A DNA stretch of 62,145 nucleotides, the filler included, from Choristocarpus tenellus KU-1152 (lineage: Eukaryota > Protista > Phaeophyceae), in NCBI GenBank assembly GCA_964200185.2. It is 12 parts of 12 records of this genome, joined end to end, with 100 filler letters (N's around TTAATTAATTAA, not from the genome) between each part and the next. Parts side by side here need not be neighbours in the genome. Positions count along the whole stretch, not along the records: positions 13,553 to 18,107 come from CAXNAD020014019.1; positions 18,208 to 21,694 come from CAXNAD020019693.1; positions 21,795 to 25,433 come from CAXNAD020018803.1; positions 25,534 to 31,605 come from CAXNAD020009014.1; 8 more parts are not named here. The stretch is one strand, 5' to 3'. The translations under genes and the position numbers were made by a program. Under the pieces are notes generated by a model. It saw only the letters and a program-made list of their open reading frames with translations. It did not search any database and had not been told where the DNA came from. This document shows positions 13,600 to 26,012 of the stretch, piece after piece (the first letter of the stretch is position 1; every line of letters begins with the position of its first letter).

Positions 13600-14750
13600 G
13601 GAAGAGTCTAATCGAACAGGTTCTCCACACAAGATGCCAACTCTTGAACTGCAAAAAGCGCATCAATCCTATTCATTATTGCTGCCCATCGCATCCCACT
13701 AACCATTGATCCAAACCAGCTAACCCCAACAAGCATCCACCAGCATAAATTTCCAGCTCAAGACGCCTGTCCTATGAAGGGACTTCTTGAGCAATCTCAT
13801 TGCTCTACCAAACTTAGCCCCACCTCGGACCTCCATACCTTTCCTTTCTGCCTCGGTTGAAAACCCTGTGCTTATCTAATGGGCAATCTAACTGGATCTT
13901 TGCATGTCCGCGGTGTATGCCCATTTCCTCATCCACAGCCCCTTTCCACAAGGGTCACTCCTCAGACTTCATTGCATTACTCATAGTCTTGGGTTCAGGT
14001 GGTAGTATTCTCGCTTTCCCACCCACAAGCAGACCAACCAGTCTCTTCTTATACCTCAGCTGTCACTCGGCTGGTGTGCCTGGCTCAGATGGAATATCAT
14101 TGTTGTGATCCACAAGTCTTAGCACCAGCGTCTTCCTCTCACTCCCCTGCTATGACTTCTGATCCGCATCACCCATGCCTGTAACCAATTCACCATCTAA
14201 TTCTACTGTCTCCTCTTCCAACTCCTGCTCACTGCCTGGTACCTCACCACTTGAACAAATCCCAAAGTGTCATCTCCACCTGACTCCTCAGATGGTTTGC
14301 CTGGTTGAGGTGGAGGGTCACTATTGGGGCCCACATGTTGCAATAAACTCATCATCACACTCCCCTGCTGCAACATTGAATCCACATCACCAATGTCAGT
14401 GTCAAATTTTCATCCATCTCTCTCTCTCACCATAACCAACCCCCTTGCACGGCCTGGTACCACAGGACGTAGAATAACTTCCTCAGGAGTATCTTGCCTA
14501 GACTCATACATAGTCCCACTCAGACCTGGTTCCACTTCCTCAGGCATCTAACCCCCTTTTCCAAAATCTGTCAAAATAATGCCACCCTCCTTGGCATACT
14601 TTCTAACCATTGCCTCATGGCAAAGTCCCAGTTGGTGTTGCATCTGATGAATGTCAATATGCGTGGTGGGCCTCACCCCCCCACTTGGCCTCCACGTGGC
14701 AGTAGCATTTGCTGCAGCCTCAACTAAGGCCAAGTCATCAGTGCTACAAC
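13600..14750 (-). mobile_element. Decayed Ty1/copia pol remnant
   Basis: GAG-pre-integrase-like IDIHQMQHQLGLCHEAMVRKYAKEGGIILT (about 14570-14660). Pre-RT motif EPKTMSNAMKSEE*PLWKGAVDEEM (about 13920-14000). RT-like RLLKKSL (about 13780). The integrase core appears deleted. Confidence 0.75.
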
Positions 14751-15315
14751 ATCCTCGTCTGACACTGCATTCCCTCCAATCGACCAGTCAAGGTTGACAT
14801 CTACTCTGATTATCCTTGATTTATGCCTCTCTTCCTCAACAGTCCCCCTGGGTCGATGGTATCACCTGCAACCCCCCCAAGGGTATAATTCTCTTGTCGC
14901 TACAACTTCCTCCTCTGCATTGTAATCTCCTTAGACGTTCCCTCTGGGATGATATCTACTCCAGCCCTTGTGGGGGTGAGTTTGTCCGTCCCTGCCCCCC
15001 CCTCGGCGGGAACTAGTCCTGACACAATCTTCTTTGTCATGTCTGATACATTGGGTGATGGTATTGTGATCGGGTCAGGATACCTCAGCAGGTTGCTCCA
15101 ACTGGCTTCAAAGTAAACATTTCATAATACTGTCCAACTATCTTTTTAATCTTCAAATCACGCTCTCAATAAGGGGTTAATTGCAAAGAATTTTCCTTTT
15201 CCAACATAATGCCCCACCTGACTGTTTCTCCTCTTGAATTGACGAAAATTCACCGATGTTCTTAACATCATCTCTTCCCTTTCCTTTCCCATCTCTCTTC
15301 CTTCTAGAGTTCGGT

Positions 15316-15573
15316 GAGTGAAAGTATCTTAGAGGGTACGAATTTTGCCCTGTTTGTCCATTTAGGGCTTGGCTGCCCACAGGTTCTTGATGAAATTTTA
15401 CCTGCTCCAAATGTTTCGGAGTAGGTAAAATATTTATGTTATGAAAAGAAGTGTCCAGAACAAGGATATTGACATCTCCTAACGAACATGATAGTCAAAA
15501 TTATGTCAAAATTGTAACATTGGATGTTGTCCCCCAAATGGACGCGGCTCTGCCCTCTAAGATACTTTGACTC
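15316..15573. mobile_element. MITE family A (about 258 bp, GAG...CTC termini, Sola2-like)
   Basis: TIRs GAGTGAAAGTATCTTAGAGGG...CCCTCTAAGATACTTTGACTC; TSD not preserved in this copy. Confidence 0.88.
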
Positions 15574-15949
15574 GTATCCACGCCTAAAGACAGTGGAGGA
15601 CCCGATGTTCGTAGATAGTGCTGCTGATACACTATAGACACCATAGGCGGAGTAGATTAGGAAATGCAGACACCACTGGTGGAGAAATGGAGGAAAGGTA
15701 GAGCCAGATATATGTTTCATTATATTTCAGTTGAGCTCTACACAACGTTCATGTATGGTAGTTCATGTATGGTAGGGACATTGGATCATCAGTTGATATA
15801 TCATGTATGGCACGTATGGTAAGTAGATATTATTCCTTTCAGATTATCCATGTGGACGTTGCAAATCCCACGTGGTAGTCTGCACTTGTCTCACACCCAT
15901 GTATTCAGTCAGCGGAATCGAGAACACTAGTCCCCTGTAATATTACTTT

Positions 15950-17880
15950 GCATATCTACATCAAGCTATTCATTGTCTTTCATCAAAGCACCAAAGCCGT
16001 GGGTCCAGTGTGGGATATTTCAACACTCGACCCCGAAAGTGATAAAGAGGAACAGGAGACACCATCGCCTAACCTAACAGTAGGTGTGAGGAGCGGGACA
16101 CTCCATGGGGACAGCCTGCCAACCAAAACCTCGGAACACGACTCAGAAGGCGATAGAGACCGATCTGGTTGTAGCGTTTTGTCGTGTCCAGACGAAGATG
16201 TCCAGGAGGACGTGGGGAAGGTGCTAGACAGAGACTCAGAGTCCATGCCTGTCAGGAGTGATCCTGGAATGTCCCCAAATGTCCGTGCGGTGGGCAGCAG
16301 CGGCGACGAGTCTGTCGATCTTGACCCAACGGGTAGAAGGAATAGGAATGACGATATTGGGGAGTGAAGTGGGAACTCCGCCCGTGCCAAGTCAACAACA
16401 CCAACAGTTGCGAGGAAATCATCAGGTTCCTCTCTGAGAGACAAGCCTTCCCAAAACAAGGCAAAACGTGACAAGGCTAAAACTACAGTCAATAGGAAGA
16501 AGAGGTCGGCAGAAGGTGATGGACGGATTAGACTATTCAAACAGCCTCATGCGAATGACGGACGTGAAGGAGAACCAAGCTTCTTAGCGAACATATTCGC
16601 TTCTGTCAGAAAGAGCAGAGAGGCGGAAATAGCAGCGCCATTTATTACAACACATCAGGATGACAACGACACTTCCGCACATGGTGATGACCACTGCGTC
16701 ACACAGGATGCAGTCAACTCCGGTGATGCATCCATTGTGGGGATTACAGTGGCCTTCATGGAGGCGTGCGTGACGGAACTCCTCTGCTCGGCAACAAAAT
16801 CTGCATCTTTGCAGTACCGAGTATAGACACAGATCCTAACCCAGATCTCATACGACCATGAGTTTGGACTAGTAAAGGCCGGTAAAGCGGCCAAAAATCT
16901 TGTATTCAGGGATGACTGCTACATCCACGAGGCAATACAGATAAAACTGAGTGGTTGTGGAGGGAAGTGAAACAACACGTTGCGTCCGGAGCATGTGTAA
17001 GCCCTCCGTGAAAGGAAAGCCATCTTCCTGAGTCTGATGAAGCCCGAACCACGGAACGAGAGGTATTCCATGCGACTAAACATCTGGCAACCAATTCACC
17101 GAGGCATACTCTAAACTTGTAGAGTGGTGGGAGAAGGGTGAGGAGTGACAATTCCAATCCGCCCACCAATTAAAATAGAGCCTTGTTCGTTTCAAATTTT
17201 TGTTGAAGTAGAGGTCGCGTTAAGTGAAGGACCATGTTACAGTGGACATGTTTCGAATATGGAAGGACTATTGAAGTGTTGTGTTGTGTAGATGGCCAAC
17301 AGGTGGAATCACATCACGTGGGACGGGGACCACAGTAGGGAATGGATGGTATGAGATTTGCGCACTCCATTGAACATGGGCATACATATACCGCAATTGC
17401 TATCTCCTCAGCACACCGCTGGAAGACGAAACGTGGTATACTGTTGGCCACAAAACCCCGAGAGTAGATGGTGGCAGTCATATACTTTCCTCTCAACATG
17501 GAATTATGGAGTTATAGGTAACCTCGTCCTCGTTGCCCATCGAATACTTCAAGGATGTCGTCTGGAGAGGGGGCAGACATAGTCGAACACAACACTGCTG
17601 TGTTGAATGTGACAAGGCGTAAGAATAATACACTAGCAAAAAGCAAGGCCCCAAAAATGTGCCAGTGCATTGTTGACTGTTCGTGTCTTGAAAAAATGAG
17701 CTCTGCAGGCGAACAGCCATCCCATGCAACATAGAGGATGGGATCCATTGAACATAATTTGAATGTGGATGCGGTATCCTATACTAAATCACTATCTCCA
17801 ATGACACCACTGCTCCCTACCTGGAACAAATAAGGGTCCTCCTTCTTGGATGTTGGCTTCTCCGCAGAGGTTCAAGTAGA
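15950..17880 (+). pseudogene. Possible highly decayed LTR-retrotransposon (gag-like then integrase-like) sequence
   Basis: An acidic/basic low-complexity stretch, a possible knuckle remnant (SGCGGK*NN, about 16950) and IVDCSCLEKMSS...HNLNVDAVSY (about 17670-17780), which resembles an integrase zinc finger followed by the first catalytic Asp. Very degenerate. Confidence 0.25.
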
Positions 17881-17882
17881 CT

Positions 17883-18107
17883 TGTGCAATATAGACTAGT
17901 AGTCTTTATGGTTTATAGTGTAAAAGTGAATGAAGTAATGTAACTTGAACTTACAAGCGACTGACGTAGTATAACTTGAACTTATAAGTGACTGACGTAG
18001 TGTAACTGTCACAAACATGTTTAAACATATCTCTGACGTGTTTGATGACGAATGAATTAGATAACAAGGGAGAGCACCACCCCCCACCTTGAGGATAGTG
18101 CTCACTC
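17883..18107 (+). mobile_element. Copia LTR, same family as 52064-52353, cut by the contig end
   Basis: Starts TGTGCAATATAGACTAGTAGTC and aligns along its length with the reverse complement of 52130-52353. Confidence 0.88.
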
Positions 18108-18511
18108 NNNNNNNNNNNNNNNNNNNNNNNNNNNNNNNNNNNNNNNNNNNNTTAATTAATTAANNNNNNNNNNNNNNNNNNNNNNNNNNNNNNNNNNNNN
18201 NNNNNNNAGAGCAGCGAGTCCATCAGCGGGTGTGGTACAGTGACGAAGTCTGTGGGGAAGCCTGGTCACGGCGGGCAAAGGGAGAACTAGAGTGACCAGC
18301 CGAAGGAAAGGTTGGGAAGGAGAGCAGTGCGACTGCGTGCTATTGCGCTCAGGAAACGCCTAAGTGAAAACTTGGGTGTAGAATATCTTAGTAGTCGACA
18401 GTTGCCGCAGGCCCTAGCTGTTTGGAAGCTATGCGAGCCAGAGTGACTTAGGAACGAGAAAGAAGGTGTTAGGGTTGGGCTACAAGGGCTCTGAAGCCCG
18501 AAAGAAGGTAA

Positions 18512-18773
18512 GAGCGAAAGTATCTTAGAGGGTACGAGTTTTGCCCTGTTTGTCCATTTGGGGCTTGACTTCCTATGGTTTTCTAAATGCCATTTTCCTA
18601 CTCCAAAATGTTTCAGAGTAGGCAAAATGTGTACGATATGAAAAGGTGTACCTAGAACAAGGATATTGACACTTCCTCCTAACAAACACGGTATGAAAAA
18701 TTACATCAAAATCGCAACATTAAAATTTGGACCCCAAATGGACGCGGCTCTACTCCCTAAGATACTTTAGCTC
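18512..18773. mobile_element. MITE family A
   Basis: TIRs GAGCGAAAGTATCTTAG...CTAAGATACTTTAGCTC; flanks GTAA/ATAA. Confidence 0.88.
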
Positions 18774-19399
18774 ATAACCCATTTCCGGCGCTCAACAAGG
18801 AAATGTGATAGTAAAGGCTTTAACACTGCGAAACCTGTACCTGTGTATGAACGACGGAAAGACCGTCAAACGGCGCTTGAGATGGCACCAGGATATGCAA
18901 TGGTCAGGTAGGAAACTGTGAGTAAATGGGAGAGAGACTTCCTAACTAAGGGTCACATCAAAGTCTCGGAGCAAGGGCGAGATGAGAGGCGTTTCGTTCT
19001 GGGCCTCGACGAGGACATCCCTGCCGAGGTCAAAGAGTGGGTTCGCGAATACACAGGAAGAATGGGTGGGGAGGCTTTTTTCCCACCTAAACCCCATACT
19101 TTAATCAAGTAATAGTGTATGTTGCCACTCTTGGTGACCTACAATCCCGGGTTCGAACCCCAATATGACCGGTCTTTCTTCAAAAAAATACAATAATGGC
19201 GAAATAGAAAAAAAACGAATCCCGTAATCTGGAGGGCCTTGTGACGGGCATCACGAATATGCTTTTATGTTTTAAATCCGATGTCTACATCAAAGGTTAT
19301 GATGGGATAACCCCAGACACATAAATCATTGATACCACTGTATATTTGTACTTTTTCAATATTTATTAGTCATTTACGAGGCAACAAACTTAGAACGAC

Positions 19400-21270
19400 C
19401 AGTTGTTCGGTCCTTTTTATACCCTGATAATAACCATCAAGTGAACAATGGAAGAGAGAGATCCAGCATATTTGACATTTACGTTATGGAGACTTTCACG
19501 AACTCCACATACAGCCTTGTGGATTGGAGCTACATATCCCATCATGGTAAGCTTGTGGAGCGTTTTATAACTGATTATTATGGTCTAGTTGATGATGACT
19601 GGCAGTTCCAGTGGGATTAGCTTTGTTATGGGATACAATCCTACGTGGCCAAGGATGCTTTTTAGGAGAAGCTTCACACTGTGAGGCAGCAAACTCCCCC
19701 CAACTATACGCTCTTTATTTTGATGGACGCAAATGCTCACACTGACACTAGATAGAGAGGTAAGGCAAGGTGGATCACAAGAGGATTATTGGAGCATGTG
19801 GACGAGATGTATTGAACAACAGTCGTGAGCACCTGTTGACGTTTGGAGTGATGAACAGACTTACTCCTGCCTACACGTTTGGAAAGGAAATGGTCTTGAA
19901 TACGTCCTTACACATCAGGCTGGTCATCTTGCCGTTTGGAATATGAAGGTGTACTCGGTTTTGACTACAGATTTGGATCGCTGTATCGCATCGGTACCGG
20001 TCTACCTTCTCAATCGTTTGTATCCTAATCAAAAGATGCGAACTGGTACCAAGGGGAATACATTCACAAACCAACAAGCCCCGGTGTATACGCCACTCAT
20101 GACGTCTAAGCTAGTGAGCATTGCCGATGAAAAATCCTCAGTGGCAGAGACAATTCCATCCAAAGAAACAGCCGACTTACCTACCAATGTGGACAATTTG
20201 GTATCTCCATACATAGCCCATTGGTACACTGCCTCAAAAGTCCTTCCACCCCCTTGATGGAGGGTGCTACCTAGAGGGTGGTGTGCAAGTAACCAACCTC
20301 AAGCAAATTTCCTGGAAGCCTGGGTGGAACACAAAAGGGCAGGGAGACCACTGCGCACAGACCTCGAAAATGGAACTTTCAAGAAGGCGTTGAAGGGTGA
20401 CAAATACTTCTAACGGGTGTGGGTGTCTGCCTTATAAGAGATTTTCTGACACCTATACCAGGAAGATGGAAAACCTTCCGCACCATGCGGACCAACCTGA
20501 ACTCTACCAACACCTGGAAGGCTTCTACGTTGAGGAAAACAGATAGATTGCCTCTTAGCTCATCCGTGACGAGCCTGGACAGCTACTCAGGGAGCAAGCA
20601 TTCATCATGGAACTGGTGGAGGAGATACTTCACGATGTTCCTTATTACCAATTAAGTTGACCTCAATTCATAGTGCTGAACTCCTCAATCAATGACCCAC
20701 ACCCACAGCCCTCAATACGCCTCTAATGATGATGGAAGCGGCTGAGCCACTCTTGGCAATAGGAAATGGGAAGGCTATGGGTCCTGACAATCTTCCAGTT
20801 GAGTTCTTATGCTTAGCGTACAGGAGAAGGTGACTATCCTCCATGGTTTCCACAAGATTGTGTAGGCTGTGTGGAATTAGGAAGTTATGCCAAAGGTCTG
20901 GGAAGATACGGTCATCACTGCACTCTACAAGAAGAAGGATCGCACTGCTAGTGGAAACTGCAGGGGTATCTCATTGGTAACATGTACTGGCGAAGTCCTC
21001 CTCGATTTTGTTTCATGGCAATTGGGGGATTACCTGGAACGGGAGAACATCCCTCACGAGGAACAGTGTGGTTTCTGGCTCCAGCACTCCATAGTGGACA
21101 CGATGTACGCTGCATGTACTCTCTATGACTTGGGGTGGGAAAACTATGTACCCCTCTTTATGTGTTTTATCAATCCACACAAAATATATAACTGTGATGA
21201 TCATGATATCCTGTAAGTTGTGCTGGCAAAGTTGGCATACCTCTGAAGATGATCCCTGCCATCCGTCAAT
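19400..21270 (+). mobile_element. Decayed non-LTR retrotransposon (RTE-like LINE), endonuclease plus N-terminal RT
   Basis: Endonuclease-like LMDANAHT (about 19720). GKAMGPDNLPVEFL (about 20770). RT motifs PKVWEDTVITALYKKKDRTASGNCRGISLV and EEQCGF...SIVDTMY (20887-21216). Stops and frameshifts throughout. Confidence 0.85.
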
Positions 21271-21694
21271 CCAGTGCTGCGTTGCAGGTGACTTGGTCTA
21301 CTTCAACTGCTGTAGCCAACCTGCCTTCCTGCTGCCCTTGTGATCATTGATCTACCTTGAAATCGTTCCCCCCCAGCGCTCTTAACACCTGATTATACCT
21401 CTTAAATAGACTTTGCCACACCCTCTCAAGCGTGTCTGTGTCGTACGTGTAACATCCTCTTACCTCCCTCTACAAGGTCATCAATGGTGCTGTAATGCTC
21501 CACCCAAACCGTACTCTTCAGTGATGCGAAAAAACCCAAATCATTGATGCTGCGATCTAACAACTGCGCTGGCTACATCACAAGCTCAATTTCCCATCCA
21601 TCCTCCCTCCCTGCAGCATTCAGCTTTTGCACCATGTCTTTGCCCGTATAATGGGGTCACACCTGCTGTACAACACCCCCCCCCCTGATTCCAC
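21270..21694 (-). mobile_element. Tc1/mariner (plant/oomycete DD39D-type) transposase C-terminal remnant
   Basis: VVQQV*PHYTGKDMVQKLNAAGREDGWEIELVM*PAQLLDRSINDLGFFASLKS followed by GGNDFK. This matches the QQDNA.PH / QP.NSPDLN.LDLGFF / GGN.YK motifs. Confidence 0.8.
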
Positions 21695-21794
21695 NNNNNN
21701 NNNNNNNNNNNNNNNNNNNNNNNNNNNNNNNNNNNNNNTTAATTAATTAANNNNNNNNNNNNNNNNNNNNNNNNNNNNNNNNNNNNNNNNNNNN

Positions 21795-22235
21795 CATAGT
21801 ATCTTAGAGGGGGGGGGGGGGGATAGTCCAAGTTGTGCATTCGGGGCTTGATAGGACGTTGTAAGACGTCCCAGTGTGATGCCCGTTTTTCAAGTGATTT
21901 TCCTTTGGGTTTGGTTCAGGGAGGAAGATGGGAAAGGTAGGTGCATTCAAATGAAGTAAACTACCCTTACATCAGATACGTTCACTCAGAAGATATAATA
22001 ATCACTGCAGGTTTACTCAGGTCCCGAGTGGAAGCGTGTCCCCCTCTTGGATACAATAAGTCTTCCCTTTAGATTTGGTCCAGGCAGGGGGGTGAAAACG
22101 TAAAGTGTATCCAGACGAAGGAGAGATTGCCTGTACATCCGACACATTCACCAAAATGATATGAAAATCACTACAGGGTCACAAAAGGCCCTGATTGGAT
22201 GTCTTACCCCCCCTCTAGGATGATAATACTATGGG
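21795..22235. mobile_element. MITE family D (long variant), TIR related to families A and B
   Basis: Left CATAGTATCTTAGAGGGGG, right CCCCCTCTAGGAT...ACTATG; the 3' 110 bp aligns with 33735-33860. Confidence 0.6.
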
Positions 22236-22319
22236 ATGCAACCTGAGTACACTCAACAGGTATTTAGTGTGATTGACTGTGACAAGGAAAGTTAGAAGTC
22301 TATCATGCCATGATATTTC

Positions 22320-22578
22320 GAGCCAAAGTATCTTAGAGGGTAGGGCCGCGTCCGTTTGGGGGCCTAAATCCAATGTCGCGATTATGATGTAATTTTGGCT
22401 ATCGTGTATGTTAGGAAGTGTCAGTATCCTTGTTGTGGACACACGTTTTTATAACTTGAACATTTTACCTGCTCCAAAATATTTTGGAGTAGGAAAATAT
22501 CATAACTAAACCCATGGGAAGCCAAGCCCCAAATGGACAAACAGGGCAAAACTCATACCCTCTAAGATACTTTCACTC
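22320..22578. mobile_element. MITE family A
   Basis: GAGCCAAAGTATCTTAGAGGGT...ACCCTCTAAGATACTTTCACTC with a perfect 4-bp TSD, TTTC. Confidence 0.92.
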
Positions 22579-22766
22579 TTTCACTGCTTTATACAAATGG
22601 TATAGATTGCAATGTTTACTGAACTCAAGATGAGGTACTACTACTTGTGAAGTGGTCGCTATGATTCCATGGTGTGGTAGGTAAGTAGCACTGTACAAGC
22701 AAGGAACTGTGGTCAAGGGAGCGATTGCAATAGAGACTATTAACCGGAAAATAACTCTTGAGAACA

Positions 22767-23025
22767 GAGCCAAAGTATCTTAGAGGGTAGAGACGCGTCC
22801 ATTTGGGGGCCAAAATCCAATGTTGCAATTTTGATTAAAAATTGGCTATCATGTTTGTTAGGAGATGTCAATATCCTTGTTCTGGACACACCTTTTCATA
22901 ACTTACATATTTTACCTACTCCGAAACGTTTTGGAGTAGGTAAAATGCCATAAGATACCCATGGGAAGCCAAGCTCCAAATGCACAAACAGGGAAAAACT
23001 TGTACCCTCTAAGAAACTTTCACTC
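22767..23025. mobile_element. MITE family A
   Basis: Same TIRs with a perfect 4-bp TSD, AACA. Confidence 0.92.
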
Positions 23026-23718
23026 AACAGTGGTGGAGCTTATTATGATTTATCCTGGTCCAGCAAAGGAAAATACACCATTGTACTTCCAACATAAATA
23101 TGACAAGGGAGATGTGTGCCCCTCCTCTCACTCCAAAACTAGTCGAACATTTCTTCCTGATAGTGCCATGAAAAACTAGGGAACGGACAGCATATCACTA
23201 CACCCTGTGGGACAGAAATTTTCATCTACTTTGGTAGAGGAGAAAGCGTGCGTGCTAGGAGGTGTAAGGCCTTCAAGAAGTGCCATCAACCAAAAAGAAT
23301 TCAGCAGATAAAACGAGGGCGACCAGAAAAACTTCAATAAACTTGAATGAACTGTTGGCACACAAGACAATGTGCTCGAAACACAGGAAGGTCGCCAAGT
23401 GGCACATGGCACCGCAAGGATAAGAACTTCCTGACTTGAATGGAGCCCATCTGGAGGCGACAACTAAGACTCCTTCCCATGCTTTTTCTCGTCTCCAGAG
23501 GGGTGTTCTCCTGTAGTGTATGCAACGGACTAAACAATGTCGTTCATTCATGTCTCGCTCTTAAGGAAGAGCGAAGAGTATTGTGTCTGAGGAAGTTGGT
23601 AAATGGATCCTCAATCTCTTCAGACCCGAAGCCTCCACAGGTCTTGGGCAGATGTTGGAAGCCATTAATGTATGGTGAGTTGTGGGTAGTGACACCTTGT
23701 GAACAATCAGTGAGTGCA

Positions 23719-25063
23719 CTAAGTTGTGAATATCTGTGACCTCTGAGACGTTCGGGCATACTTCTCCTTGTATTGTTATAGAAAAAAACAAACCAAATAT
23801 ATGAACTTTCTCAGCATTTTATTCTCTGATTCCAATAAATTGAAGTGAGAAGCTGATTGAACTGTCCCAGTTCAAAACATTCATTTCAAGGCAAACAAAA
23901 TACACACTAGAACTCACTTCTCTTCTGCATGCACCCGTGCCATCACCTCTGCAGATAGCTTCTGCTCCGCTGTGAACCTCAGCTTCCTCAGGTGCAGGAG
24001 CTCAGCCTGCAGAGTGATCATGATCTTGGTTGAAATGTGCTCACGTTTCCCTCCAGAGTATATTTTTGAGAGGGCTTTGTTCAACGATTGGGGTTAGTAA
24101 GGTGAAGGTCAAAAGGCAGGTGTGTGGGGCAACGAAAGGAAAGGGCAGGGGAGGAGGAGAAGAGCATATCCCTAGATCGAATACTATTTAGCAGAGGTTC
24201 TAGGTTCTGGGTTGATGACCAACAAGACTATATCTACTTCCAAGTCCTGTCTTTCAGTTGACAAATGGCCAAGACCACAAAATTTCTAACAGATATTTCA
24301 ACCTCCTCTGCACCATCATTTTGGGGTAAGCAAGCATATGTATTGTAGTAAGAAGTGCAATAAGTATAAAAGTGGGATGGCTACCAAAATTGTTGCCACA
24401 CCAACCTCCATGTCTTTTATTGCCTCTCTTAGTCCTTCTGACTCTGCTGCATCCTCTTTCCAAGATCCTACTGCGTCACCAGCAGTGCCCTTGCGATTTG
24501 CCTCTTCCCCCTCTCCCTCGGGAAGGAGAGAGTGCACCCCAAGTCCCAACCCTTTCTCGGACATCCCAAACACATCTATTGTGAGTCTTTCACTTGGGGT
24601 GCTTGCCCTCCTACGGCCTCTCCCCTGACTAATTCCACTTTCCCCCTTCTGGTGTCTCCCCCCCCCCCCCCACTTCCCATTCTCCCCCCCTCTGCATATT
24701 GCTGCCCTGTGTTGCTCTACCGTGACCAGCCCTATATCTATCACCTATTCCCACCTCAGTGTACCAGACCCCCCCAATCAGCCCCCCATGCATTGTTCCG
24801 CCTGGTCCACCTGACCCTCCCGATTCAAAGACGCCATTTACCGCTGTTGCCACTTCTGGGTCCGTCTTTCTGCCGGCCATATCACCAGGAGCAACAGTAA
24901 TGCCTTCAATACCTGTACTCAAGACTGGAGGAGTTTCTTGCCAGCGAAGGGGAAGGATCCACAGGTCAGATCTGACATACATAGAGTTGAGTCCTCCATG
25001 GATCACAGCACAGCGAGGGCTTGCCCCCCCCCAGGAGAAATTAGGCACTGGAAAGTCATCACC
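23719..25063 (-). CDS. 3' part of a spliced gene: kelch-like repeat end, low-complexity linker, coiled-coil tail
   Basis: Exon 24755-25063 encodes RCAVIHGGLNSMYVRSDLWILPLRW (kelch-like GG..DLW). Exon about 24406-24624. Exon about 23948-24074 encodes TLQAELLHLRKLRFTAEQKLSAE. A short last exon ends at 23719. One junction phase is uncertain. Confidence 0.5.
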
Positions 25064-25393
25064 CTATTACCAAGAGGTTGAGTGAGTGATAGGGAAGGGT
25101 GGGAGGTAGAAAGTGCTCAGAGGAAGGAGTACAGGTGAGAGGTTGCACTAGGGACTTGCTGATGAACATAACCATCAAATCCATCATGTTCAAATGGGCG
25201 GAGGAAAATGAATGATGAAGCCTTGGCGTAAGAAATCAGAGGGGGTTCCTCTAAGTACGAAATATGGGGTGAAGAGGAAGGGGTAAATAATTTTACCTTT
25301 GACAGATTGCTGGACATCTAATCCCTCCTCTCAGTGTGAGTTTGTGAGCTGACTGTCCATACAGTGGAGGTTGAGCAGCATAGAAAACACTTC

Positions 25394-25433
25394 GAGTCAA
25401 AGTATTTTAGAGGGTGGAGCCGCGTCCGTTTGG
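25394..25433. mobile_element. MITE family A end, cut by the contig end
   Basis: GAGTCAAAGTATTTTAGAGGGTGGAGCCGCGTCC. Confidence 0.8.
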
Positions 25434-25805
25434 NNNNNNNNNNNNNNNNNNNNNNNNNNNNNNNNNNNNNNNNNNNNTTAATTAATTAANNNNNNNNNNN
25501 NNNNNNNNNNNNNNNNNNNNNNNNNNNNNNNNNGAACTCTATCTAGCCCCGCGCTTTTTTTTTTTTTTACTGGTGTTCACAGGGTTAGGGATACGAGCCC
25601 CTTCACACCATCTTCTGACTACCAATGTTCCACTACATCTTCCACCGGCATCCTCACCATCTAGAGAGCAGGATAGTGATCATGCTGTTAAAAAGGTGAT
25701 CACACAAGTGTTCCATAGGTGACAGGTGCACAGTTGCATGGAATTCCCAATAGCTACCTCAGGTGCTACAGTGGAGCACAACTTTGCCAGTTACCCGCTG
25801 ACACT

Positions 25806-25983
25806 GGCTCAGAGTATCTGGGGGGGGTGGCGGCTTTCCATTTGGGACCAATTTTTTAATATCGCGATTTTGGGGTGATTTGGTTCCATACATTGCATGG
25901 ATAATGAAAATGCACTTTTCCTTATTTTGGTCCAAATGGACACTCTCGGGTAGACCCCTCCCCCCTCCCAGATACTTTGGGTC
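25806..25983. mobile_element. MITE family B
   Basis: GGCTCAGAGTATCTGG...CCAGATACTTTGGGT(C); CACT on both flanks. Confidence 0.85.
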
Positions 25984-26012
25984 ACTAACATTCCTCTTGC
26001 TTGTCTTGGGAG

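Noticed and set aside
18287-18685. Repeated small ORF family (LGxVNILVLxTPF...KWTNRxKLVPSKIL; also 29672 and 22215)
   Set aside because: These are translations of MITE family A, not genes.
19110-19170. tRNA gene
   Set aside because: A B-box is present but there is no acceptor stem or cloverleaf; kept only as a possible SINE head.
22320-23025. Repeated AAAGTATCT motifs as a CRISPR-like array
   Set aside because: They are inverted termini of dispersed MITEs with TSDs; there is no repeat-spacer periodicity and no cas genes.
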